Source: a virus
Taxonomy: Duplodnaviria; Heunggongvirae; Uroviricota; Caudoviricetes
DNA: 64,000 nt
Virus record (IMG/VR): IMGVR_UViG_3300010213_000001
Location: 116,701 to 180,700 of that record
Direction: 5' to 3' (one strand)
Position numbers and translations under genes: made by a program. Numbering within the stretch: position 1 is the first letter of the stretch; every line of letters begins with the position of its first letter. Below are positions 56,319 to 64,000 of the stretch, in pieces. The notes below the pieces were generated by a model. The model searched no databases. It had not been told where the DNA came from and worked only from the letters and a program-made list of their open reading frames with translations.

Positions 56319-56975
56319 TTACTCAGATTTATGATGAGCAAAAGTCCAGAAGTCTTCCTCATCATTAATGCCTATGCTTGTGATTTCTTCACTATCAACT
56401 TGTATGTTATTGATGGACTTATGTATATCATCTAGAGTTATTTCACCATCTTCTATTAAAGACATAATTTCTTCACATTCTGCAGTTAATTTAGACGGTT
56501 CATGTTGTTTATTTACAAAGTTACCTGATGTCTTAGCGTATCTTAATAAATCCTTAGTCCATTCATTATTAAGGTATCTTAATGTAGCATATTCAACAAC
56601 AATTAATGGATACTTGAACTTAGTTTCTATAAACCACTTTTTAAGCTTACTTTCTACTCCATATTTACCAGTTAGACTCTCTCTTAGATTCCTATTAACT
56701 CTTAAATTAGTCCAGTCTTTTAGTATCTTTCTAGTTGGGAAAATATCATTCCATTTTTTACACCAGGCTAGAAATTCTTTAGTATGTAAATCAGAATAGG
56801 CTATCTTTCCTGTAGATAAATTTATTACATTCTCTTTTTCAGTACTATCTATATCTAGAATTAACTTAGCTTTATCCGTAAACTTATAATGATTATCATC
56901 TGTGAATACTATCAGCTCCAACTGCTCAAATTTAAGTAAAACTTGTTCTTTAGTTAATTTCATATGCTCTATCAT
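56319..56975 (-). CDS. hypothetical replication-associated protein
   Basis: 218 aa ORF between the two helicases. Confidence 0.7.
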   Translation of the reverse strand: MIEHMKLTKEQVLLKFEQLELIVFTDDNHYKFTDKAKLILDIDSTEKENVINLSTGKIAYSDLHTKEFLAWCKKWNDIFPTRKILKDWTNLRVNRNLRESLTGKYGVESKLKKWFIETKFKYPLIVVEYATLRYLNNEWTKDLLRYAKTSGNFVNKQHEPSKLTAECEEIMSLIEDGEITLDDIHKSINNIQVDSEEITSIGINDEEDFWTFAHHKSE

Positions 56976-58341
56976 TCTGTATTATATTCAAACAATCTTC
57001 AATGTTATTAACACTAACTATTTCACTCTTTTCTTTCTCTAAGAAACTAGCTGCCCAAGTATAATTTTGACAATACTTTATAGTCTCCTTACCGTTTTTA
57101 TCTTTAATTGTATAGTAGCTCACTAGGATATGTATGTAAGCAGTCTCATCTATTGGTAATCTTGTCATCCTACCTTTAGCGCCTTGGAAGTAGTCTGTCT
57201 CTGAACTAGTAAAACTATGAGCTATACAGTGATTAAGTCCAGTAAAGTTAATACCTCTATTTGCTTTCTTACTAACTCCTATTACTTTTAACTCTCCACA
57301 ATTAAATCTATCAACAACATTATCTGCTGTAGCAGAGTCTACCTTGCTATGAAAGCCATTGTTTGTTATTTCATCAATTGTATCTGTAAACTTACAGAAT
57401 ATAATTACTTTATTCTTTTCATCTTCTATAAGTTTATTCTTTAATTCTATAGCATATTTAGTTAAAGAGTTCAATCTATATACTATATTAGCTCTAGATT
57501 TCTTATTTGTAGGACTAGCTTGTTTAAACTGTAGCTGTTTGGTATATTTTGCTATATCATTAGATATTGTAGATGTATCTTCATTTAAGAATTTCTTATT
57601 ATTTAGCTCAGAATATAGACCATTCAACTTACTATATAAGATAGCAATTTCCCTCTCAATATATTTATATTGCTCTACTTCAGAAGTATTAAATGACTTT
57701 TTTTCTTTAGTTTTCTTATCAATATATTCTATTTTTATATTCTTCTTTGTATCTAAAGGGACGTAATGAACTATTATCTTATTCTTGTTAATTATTGACT
57801 CTTCTTGAGCTTGTGCAACATCATAAGTAAATCTAATAGGAGGAAAGTATTTTAGAGTATTAAGTAACTCTATTTTACTATCTATAAAAGTTCCACTTAA
57901 GCATAAATTATATTTGGGATCTTGTTTATTAAAAACCTTTCCATATTCTGTAGTAAGTGCAAAATCAACTTCATCGCTAATCATTAGACCAATATCCTTC
58001 TTCTTCCATTTATAAGAGGTGTGATAGCACACAAACTCTATCTTACCAGAAGCTATCAAATCTTTACTAACTCCCCACTGTAGAATCTCTCTCACTGTAT
58101 CTACATCTCTAAGATACGTACTACTAACTTGAATAAGAATAGGGACATCACAATCGACTATTTTATTATAATACTCTGGAGTATTAACTACTAACTTTAT
58201 AGCATCAGCAATAATTTTACCTTTACCCAATCCCATCGATACTTGGTATGTACCTATTAACTTATTCTCTTCCCAATTATTTATAATATATTTCTGTATT
58301 TCATCTCTTTTAATATTCCTTAACTCTTCTTGCTGTTTCAT
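56950..58341 (-). CDS. superfamily 2 helicase
   Basis: MGLGKG, ISDEVD, LSGT, IIFC, NRGINF, GRMTR. Confidence 0.85.
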   Translation of the reverse strand: MKQQEELRNIKRDEIQKYIINNWEENKLIGTYQVSMGLGKGKIIADAIKLVVNTPEYYNKIVDCDVPILIQVSSTYLRDVDTVREILQWGVSKDLIASGKIEFVCYHTSYKWKKKDIGLMISDEVDFALTTEYGKVFNKQDPKYNLCLSGTFIDSKIELLNTLKYFPPIRFTYDVAQAQEESIINKNKIIVHYVPLDTKKNIKIEYIDKKTKEKKSFNTSEVEQYKYIEREIAILYSKLNGLYSELNNKKFLNEDTSTISNDIAKYTKQLQFKQASPTNKKSRANIVYRLNSLTKYAIELKNKLIEDEKNKVIIFCKFTDTIDEITNNGFHSKVDSATADNVVDRFNCGELKVIGVSKKANRGINFTGLNHCIAHSFTSSETDYFQGAKGRMTRLPIDETAYIHILVSYYTIKDKNGKETIKYCQNYTWAASFLEKEKSEIVSVNNIEDCLNIIQNDRAYEIN

Positions 58342-58351
58342 AGTAATTAAA

Positions 58352-58377
58352 AAAGTAGAATCGTTTGACTCTACTTT
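58352..58377 (-). terminator. probable intrinsic terminator
   Basis: Stem AAAGTAGA/TCTACTTT with a T run on the minus strand. Confidence 0.6.
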
Positions 58378-58403
58378 ATTTAGTTTATCTAGTTCATTTT
58401 ACT

Positions 58404-58640
58404 TTAATATCCTATTGATGACGCTGTTCTCAGCTTAACTAATCTATTAGGAGGTAGTGGTATTTCAAAGTAGTATTCTATTCTCATTTCTGTTGGTAAT
58501 ATAACAGAGTTATCAGAATATCTTTTGAAATTGCCTGCTGTACCGTCAAAGTAAGCAATAATTTCATTTTCCCCATCAGATAATAAATATCTAAACACTA
58601 GACGACTAGGTGTAAATGAAGTAATCGGTTTGTAGTTCAT
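58404..58640 (-). CDS. hypothetical protein
   Basis: 78 aa ORF. Confidence 0.6.
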   Translation of the reverse strand: MNYKPITSFTPSRLVFRYLLSDGENEIIAYFDGTAGNFKRYSDNSVILPTEMRIEYYFEIPLPPNRLVKLRTASSIGY

Positions 58641-59179
58641 GTTCTTAGTTTATTTAACATAGTATCTACCACATTATCTATCTCTTGCTTATCAATATTA
58701 TCTTTCTCTAACTTATCTCTCTTCTTCTGATCCAACTTATGCTTGTAGCTTTTAGTTGATGTGGTTTTCCTTAATTTGAATTTATGATTTAATGTACTTA
58801 AATATAAGATTTTCTTATATAAGAAGTTGTTTAATTTATCATCGCCTAGATAACTAAGTCTTAAACCATTTATATTAATCTCTTTTAGCAGCTTACCGAA
58901 CTGCTCTTTATTATTCAAACAATTAAGGAAACAGAAGTTTACATTATCTATAAACTTGTTTGAAGATACATTAGCTAATCTTATTCCATGATAAAATAAC
59001 ATTAGTATGTCTATAAACTCAAAATTCATTGGAAATAATCTTACTTTAAGTAAATGATCCCTTTTCACCTTATCTATAGCTGATTCAGTTTTGTTTAGAG
59101 CATCTTCCATCAAATAGTCTGGGATATCTTCTAGATTAGAATTTATACTCTTACTTAATACATTTATATGTTTACTCAT
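58637..59179 (-). CDS. hypothetical protein
   Basis: 180 aa ORF. Confidence 0.7.
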   Translation of the reverse strand: MSKHINVLSKSINSNLEDIPDYLMEDALNKTESAIDKVKRDHLLKVRLFPMNFEFIDILMLFYHGIRLANVSSNKFIDNVNFCFLNCLNNKEQFGKLLKEININGLRLSYLGDDKLNNFLYKKILYLSTLNHKFKLRKTTSTKSYKHKLDQKKRDKLEKDNIDKQEIDNVVDTMLNKLRT

Positions 59180-59997
59180 TATTCTACATATTCAATTTCC
59201 ATGTCATATATACCATCATATTTCTTACTCTCTTGTATTGTTAATGAAGTTCTCTTATATAAACAGTGATATAAAGAGTCTACTCTTTCTTCTCCAACCC
59301 AATTGATCTGAGGTTTCCCATAGAGATCTAATAAATCATTAACAACAACAAAATGATTATTACCGACAAATTTTCTACTATTATTTACTCCAACGCTTCT
59401 TGCATCTACTACTGGATGAACAGATTGTAAAACAGTTGAATTATCTGTTATATTTAATTGTTCTGCAAAATCTTTTGCATGTTTACCCCAAGCAAGAATT
59501 ATTAAGTTAGGATTAAGTTCTAATAGTTTATTTATACAATGTCTAACAAAATAATCCCACATTAGTTCAGAATGACTATTTGGTTTATAATCTTCAACTG
59601 TTAGACTAGTATTTATTAATATGACTCCTTGATCCGCCCAATCCTCTAAATTTGTATTTGTACGACGTTTATTATAAGTTCTTTCTAATTCTTTAAATAT
59701 AACATTAATTGATGGGGCTAGATAATTGTCTTTTGTTGAGAATGCTAATCCATCTGCTATATTAGGAGTGTAATAAGGGTCTTGCGCTATTATTACTACA
59801 TTAGCAAGTGTCCAATCGTAGCTAAAAACTTTAAACAAATCATCTAGTGATGGCTGTACGTTTCCCACTGAATACAGGTACTCCACAGCTTGTAACAGCC
59901 ATATGAAGTATTCCTCTTTCAATACGGCGTCCAAATCTATTAGACGCCTTGTATTGATGTGGCAAGCTTCTTCAAGCTTATCAAGTATGATGCTCAT
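59179..59997 (-). CDS. ung: uracil-DNA glycosylase, family 1
   Basis: VVIIAQDPY, GLAFS, W..QGV.L.N..LTV, AWG..A, HP. Confidence 0.9.
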   Translation of the reverse strand: MSIILDKLEEACHINTRRLIDLDAVLKEEYFIWLLQAVEYLYSVGNVQPSLDDLFKVFSYDWTLANVVIIAQDPYYTPNIADGLAFSTKDNYLAPSINVIFKELERTYNKRRTNTNLEDWADQGVILINTSLTVEDYKPNSHSELMWDYFVRHCINKLLELNPNLIILAWGKHAKDFAEQLNITDNSTVLQSVHPVVDARSVGVNNSRKFVGNNHFVVVNDLLDLYGKPQINWVGEERVDSLYHCLYKRTSLTIQESKKYDGIYDMEIEYVE

Positions 59998-60398
59998 TAT
60001 TCTATTCTAGCTTTAGATGAATTTAGCAAAGTATTACATGCTGTCATTAGACAACTCCTCTTAGATACATCCCTGAAGTGAGCTGCTTTCTCTATTATAG
60101 ACTTAGCAAGTTTGCCTTTCTTGCCTCCCTCCACAACATTTAAAGCTAATTCTTTTAGAACAGTATCCATAGTTTCATCTATCTTAGACTGTATTACCTC
60201 ACCTCTCTCATCTCGTATCAACACTGGAATTAGATCACCATACTCTTGACTACATAAGGCTATGAACATAACTGTAACGTTAATATAATCTTGATCTAAT
60301 CTCACCACATCTATTTCACATTTATCTAATGGTACACCAGAGATTATATTATATACGACAACCATGTCGCCCTTTTCAATTAGATTTTCATATTTCAT
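59997..60398 (-). CDS. hypothetical protein
   Basis: 133 aa ORF. Confidence 0.7.
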   Translation of the reverse strand: MKYENLIEKGDMVVVYNIISGVPLDKCEIDVVRLDQDYINVTVMFIALCSQEYGDLIPVLIRDERGEVIQSKIDETMDTVLKELALNVVEGGKKGKLAKSIIEKAAHFRDVSKRSCLMTACNTLLNSSKARIE

Positions 60399-60400
60399 TT

Positions 60401-60997
60401 CTATAAAGTTGAATTAAATTTATGCTTTAGTAAATATACTATAGCCAACGCATCATTTATTGCTGTATGATTAGGCTTATATATGACTGATTTCTTATTA
60501 TCTAGCAGTAATTCTTTATTCATTCTTGCTACACATTTAGATAGAGATGGTATAATCTCATCTTTTTCATTCATATATAATATAGAAGGGTCTAGCACTC
60601 TTGATCTAATAATTATATTATTATCCCAATTTACTAGACCCTCTAACTGTCTTCTATCCATATGATTAAAGTTCTTTCCTGCTACATTAATTATGATTTT
60701 ATCTTGTGGTAAGGTGGGTGTATAACCACATGTATTTACCAACCAATATTTAAAATCTTCAGCTAACAAAGATTCATGTATTACATTATTTTTGTTAAGT
60801 GATATATGCTTAATGCTTTGGGATAATAAAAGTTGAGTTTCCTCATTATCATATATATATTTGTCTCTCTTGACATATTTATGATAAACTTTTATATTTT
60901 TAATATCTCCATAAAGATCATCTTGAATAGCTGCAAATTCAACTATACTAGATTCTTTAAATGTTGTGAACTCTAAATCTATAGATATATATTTCAT
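60401..60997 (-). CDS. DnaQ-like DEDDh 3'-5' exonuclease
   Basis: ISIDLEFT, AGKNF..MD, LDP, HTAINDA. Confidence 0.85.
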   Translation of the reverse strand: MKYISIDLEFTTFKESSIVEFAAIQDDLYGDIKNIKVYHKYVKRDKYIYDNEETQLLLSQSIKHISLNKNNVIHESLLAEDFKYWLVNTCGYTPTLPQDKIIINVAGKNFNHMDRRQLEGLVNWDNNIIIRSRVLDPSILYMNEKDEIIPSLSKCVARMNKELLLDNKKSVIYKPNHTAINDALAIVYLLKHKFNSTL

Positions 60998-61001
60998 TTT
61001 A

Positions 61002-61589
61002 TTATTTAATTATTTCTTCTATATTGATTCTTCCCTTTACGGGACCCTTCTTAGGTTTAAAGGTATCCTCGAATTCTTCAAAGAGAACACTATCAATAGC
61101 ATTTACTCCTGAAACAGAAGTTTCAACTTTGTTGTTGCTTTCTTCTTTAGGTTTTGTAGATTTCTCTTTAAGTTTTTTTAAGCTATCAATAACGTGTTCT
61201 CTACCAGAATCAATAAAACTTATTACTTGATTTAGTGTGTAAATATCTATTGAATCCTCTTCTTCCAGATAAGCTACTCCCTGCTTTAAAGCATCGTAAA
61301 TCTCTATAGCAGCAATCTTCTTCTCTTTTTCAATATTAGATAAATCATCAATAGATTTACTAACTTTGTTGCTTTCTTTATCCGTTGATTGAATTGCAAT
61401 AGGTGATGTAGCAGGTAGTGTAGAAGAGGCTGGAAGAAGTTCTCTAGGTAAGTTAACACTTTGAGAAGTATCTTTAGTCTTCTCCACTATATCTAATCCT
61501 AAATCTCTGACAGTTTCTAAAAGTTTCATGAAGTTTCTAAGTTCTTCAGCCTGTCTATTTTTGAATGCTTCTAAAATTGTATCATTCAT
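61002..61589 (-). CDS. hypothetical protein
   Basis: 195 aa ORF. Confidence 0.7.
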   Translation of the reverse strand: MNDTILEAFKNRQAEELRNFMKLLETVRDLGLDIVEKTKDTSQSVNLPRELLPASSTLPATSPIAIQSTDKESNKVSKSIDDLSNIEKEKKIAAIEIYDALKQGVAYLEEEDSIDIYTLNQVISFIDSGREHVIDSLKKLKEKSTKPKEESNNKVETSVSGVNAIDSVLFEEFEDTFKPKKGPVKGRINIEEIIK

Positions 61590-61610
61590 AATTGCATAAT
61601 TGAATTAAAG

Positions 61611-62312
61611 TTAAATTAAATCAAGACTTTTCAGTAAATCTCTAGATACTCTTTCTTTACTAAAACTGTCCTTTATAACTAAGATGGCTCCAATTATATC
61701 ATTAGATTGTTGTTCCGTTCCCTCAAAGATTTTATCTAGTATCTTTTGTTTAAAGAAATCTATTCTATCAGAAGTGGACAAATCTAAAAATTCAGGATCA
61801 TCTCTAAATTTATATAGATTAACAAAGTGAGACGCTAGAGTAGCAACTACCTCTTCAACAGAATTCATAGTTTCTTCTGTTATATAAGATCCAGGATTAT
61901 TTTCTTGTTTTGCATTCTTGTCATAGTAAGACACTAATTCTCCTATTATTCTACGACCATTATTCAAGCTATCCATCATCTGGGAGCTTATAAATGTAAA
62001 ATCTTCTGATATCCTGTCGTTAGCTACTTGTTTATCATAAGTGTCTAGATTTTTATATTCATCAGTCTCTCTAGTTTCTTTAGCTTGTTTTAGCATAGCT
62101 TCTCTAGTTTGTTTATATTGATGATATTCGTTATAGTACTTTGTAAGGATATTTTTATATTTAGTTTTCTCCTTATCAGTTCTAATATCTAGAGCATCTA
62201 TTACCTCTACTTTGTCTCTATTACAGACTCCAGCCCAATACTCAACAATGGAATCAAAGGATACTGTAACATCTTCTGTTACAAAATTGGTATTGCTGGG
62301 GCCTATATCTAC
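61611..62312 (-). CDS. helical protein; open frame extends 72 codons above its first ATG (62096), probably reached by -1 frameshift
   Basis: Frame is open from 62321 with no ATG/GTG/TTG until 62096; begins across the slippery heptamer. Confidence 0.7.
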   Translation of the reverse strand, partial: VDIGPSNTNFVTEDVTVSFDSIVEYWAGVCNRDKVEVIDALDIRTDKEKTKYKNILTKYYNEYHQYKQTREAMLKQAKETRETDEYKNLDTYDKQVANDRISEDFTFISSQMMDSLNNGRRIIGELVSYYDKNAKQENNPGSYITEETMNSVEEVVATLASHFVNLYKFRDDPEFLDLSTSDRIDFFKQKILDKIFEGTEQQSNDIIGAILVIKDSFSKERVSRDLLKSLDLI

Positions 62313-63202
62313 TTTTTTCTCTTAGCCTCCTCTCTTGCAAGCTCTTCTCTCTTCTTCTCTAATGACTTTTTCAATATCCCAACAGAAGTTCCCTCAGGAT
62401 TTTTCTTTATACTTGTCTCCAGTCTCTCTATATCTTTCCTTAGCTGTTCCTCAGTACTTGATCTAGATGGATTTTCTTCATTTTTGCTTATCTTGTCATG
62501 AAGATGCCTCATTCTCTCTTCTGGTGACATCTTTTTCAAATCTTCTAAATCTTTATTACTTTTTTTCTTCTTATTAGAAGATTCCATAATAGCAAAGAAA
62601 TCATCACCAAATTTCTTTTTAGCATAAGCTAGAATAGCTGCCAATACATTTAGGAAAGGAGTACACCAAACATTATAGAACACCACTCTATTCATTGTAA
62701 CAACTTTCTGTTCGACAGTTGGTATCCAAGATGTAGCTGAAGTTTTATAAGTTATTGCATTTATAGACTCCAGGTAACTCATCCATATTGTGTATGTACA
62801 GTATGTAGCTAAAGCAAAGAACATAAGTGATACCATTAATGCAAATCTCTCTTTCTTCTCTATTTTACCATCTGCTAATATTTTAGATATAATTCTAATA
62901 AAGAAGAAACTAAAGAACGATTCTGCTAAAACCCACTGACCATATCTGAACAAGGCTTGTGTAATATGTGTGTTAGGATCAATAGTCACTAGATTAAATG
63001 TCTCAGATGCTGAGCTTACCAGCAGTAGTAGCTCGCACAATAATAATGGGTCTAGAGATATTAGATCTGATATGTTTTTCTTTTTATAAAATATTAGAAA
63101 AAGAATATAACATATCACAATAATAAGTAGCCCCAAAGCTCCCAACATTACAATATCTGTAATACTCTGGTACCGAATCAACGGTGTATTTTCTGTGTTC
63201 AT
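62309..63202 (-). CDS. multi-pass membrane protein with C-terminal charged coiled coil
   Basis: About five hydrophobic helices, then a K/E-rich tail ending ...KRKK*. Confidence 0.8.
   Translation of the reverse strand: MNTENTPLIRYQSITDIVMLGALGLLIIVICYILFLIFYKKKNISDLISLDPLLLCELLLLVSSASETFNLVTIDPNTHITQALFRYGQWVLAESFFSFFFIRIISKILADGKIEKKERFALMVSLMFFALATYCTYTIWMSYLESINAITYKTSATSWIPTVEQKVVTMNRVVFYNVWCTPFLNVLAAILAYAKKKFGDDFFAIMESSNKKKKSNKDLEDLKKMSPEERMRHLHDKISKNEENPSRSSTEEQLRKDIERLETSIKKNPEGTSVGILKKSLEKKREELAREEAKRKK
62312..62318 (-). promoter_or_regulatory. candidate -1 programmed ribosomal frameshift heptamer A_AAA_AAG
   Basis: Zero-frame A AAA AAG immediately before the TAG stop; same heptamer as E. 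coli dnaX and IS3-family sites. Confidence 0.7.
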
Positions 63203-63249
63203 TGCAACTTAAGTAAAAATTTATCAATTATATATCTAATAAGTACGTA

Positions 63250-64000
63250 CTATTTTACCCAATAGTCTTCTATAACAAATTCTGCAGTCATTTTAGTAAA
63301 TCCATTTAGCACAGGATCTGCAGAATCGCACATTTCTCTTTCTATTAGTATAGGAAGACTCTTACCTATACTAGATATATGTGCTAAATATTCTGGTAGT
63401 TCGTGAACTACTTCATCATGAACAGTTAATAATATACTTAATTTATCTTCAAGATGTAATCTTCTTCTTAATTTTCTAAAATTAGATAGATATATCTTTA
63501 ATGCTTCTGCTTGACTACCTTGGATAGGTAAGTTCCTAGTTTGTGTATCCAAAGATACTGCGTCTAGAAAGTTAACTTTCCTAATATCAGCTAACATATT
63601 ATTTATAAACTCTTCTTTTAGTTCTGGATTATTTCTAATCTTATTTAGTTCTTTTCTTTCATTATCAAATAATAATCCTTTATTATATAGATAATTCAAT
63701 GCAATAGGATTATATTTTCTAGTTCCTATATTAGAGTGAGTTACAGTATATCCACACAGCATAGTATCAATACTACTGTTTTTTAAATAATTATACGCTT
63801 CTGCTTCAACCTGCTGTACTACTTTCACTGCTATTTCTGCTTCTTGTAAAGGAACTTTAAGCGCATTAGCTACTGTTCTAGGATGAGCTCCATACAATAT
63901 TCCAAAATGTGTATTCTTTATGGCTTTTCTTAAATCCTGATTTGTTTCACTATTTACTATAAGATTATTAGATAGATGTTCCAATTCTTTCTTTTTTGAT
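63250..64000 (-). CDS. polA: family A DNA polymerase, C-terminal part (gene starts beyond the window)
   Basis: Motif B RKAIKNTHFGILYG, RNLPIQGSQAE, motif C TVHDE; frame open to the window end. Confidence 0.92.
   Translation of the reverse strand, partial: SKKKELEHLSNNLIVNSETNQDLRKAIKNTHFGILYGAHPRTVANALKVPLQEAEIAVKVVQQVEAEAYNYLKNSSIDTMLCGYTVTHSNIGTRKYNPIALNYLYNKGLLFDNERKELNKIRNNPELKEEFINNMLADIRKVNFLDAVSLDTQTRNLPIQGSQAEALKIYLSNFRKLRRRLHLEDKLSILLTVHDEVVHELPEYLAHISSIGKSLPILIEREMCDSADPVLNGFTKMTAEFVIEDYWVK

Noticed and set aside
3305-61230. The many short + strand ORFs in the track (e.g. 3305-3550, 5092-5499, 39391-39837, 54730-55140, 57359-57766)
   Set aside because: They lie antisense to longer, motif-bearing minus-strand genes and have Ile/Leu/Ser/Phe-rich shadow composition. 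Only 44461-44919 occupies its own space.
62276-62311. TAG read-through as the way to extend 62309-63202
   Set aside because: The zero frame hits another TAG two codons later and a TAA shortly after. Only the -1 frame gives a long extension.
1-64000. Stop-codon reassignment (TAG or TGA), as in some crAss-like and jumbo phages
   Set aside because: Standard-code ORFs already tile the window densely, conserved enzymes are unbroken, and TAA, TAG and TGA all end genes at natural boundaries.
1-64000. tRNA, rRNA, CRISPR arrays, transposases, integrase
   Set aside because: No T-loop/cloverleaf, spaced direct-repeat array or recombinase motif seen by eye. A tRNAscan/Infernal run would be needed to exclude divergent RNAs.

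Overview
A very AT-rich window (roughly 25-30% GC by eye) from a large, apparently lytic dsDNA phage, most likely infecting a Bacteroidota host. Host evidence: A-rich, Shine-Dalgarno-free start contexts such as AAACTATG, Bacteroidota-type lipoprotein signals, and a Bacteroidota-type ProRS. Nearly all ~120 genes lie on the minus strand in the standard genetic code; the + strand ORFs in the track are shadows, except 44461-44919. The right third (~47.6-64 kb) is a replication/recombination module resembling that of crAss-like phages: family A DNA polymerase (partial), DnaQ-like exonuclease, UDG, SF2 helicase, DnaB-like helicase, RecT-like annealase, SSB-like protein, primase, flap exonuclease and three junction-type nucleases. 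The left ~46 kb is a dense accessory region of small genes. It includes likely counter-defence and repair functions: Tad1-like sponge, macrodomain, NADAR, two SLOG proteins, HAD, metallophosphoesterase, mini-kinase, RlaP-like nucleotidyltransferase, ATP-grasp, Ntn protease, AlkB, ThyA and a degenerate ThyX. Most striking observations read directly from the DNA: (1) a canonical A_AAA_AAG -1 frameshift site that would fuse a membrane protein to a start-less downstream ORF; (2) an unannotated, internally deleted asparaginyl-tRNA synthetase relic in an apparent intergenic gap; (3) an intact prolyl-tRNA synthetase gene with foreign GC content and codon usage. No tRNA, rRNA, CRISPR array or transposase was seen. 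All family assignments come from motif recognition by eye and from memory; no database searches were run.
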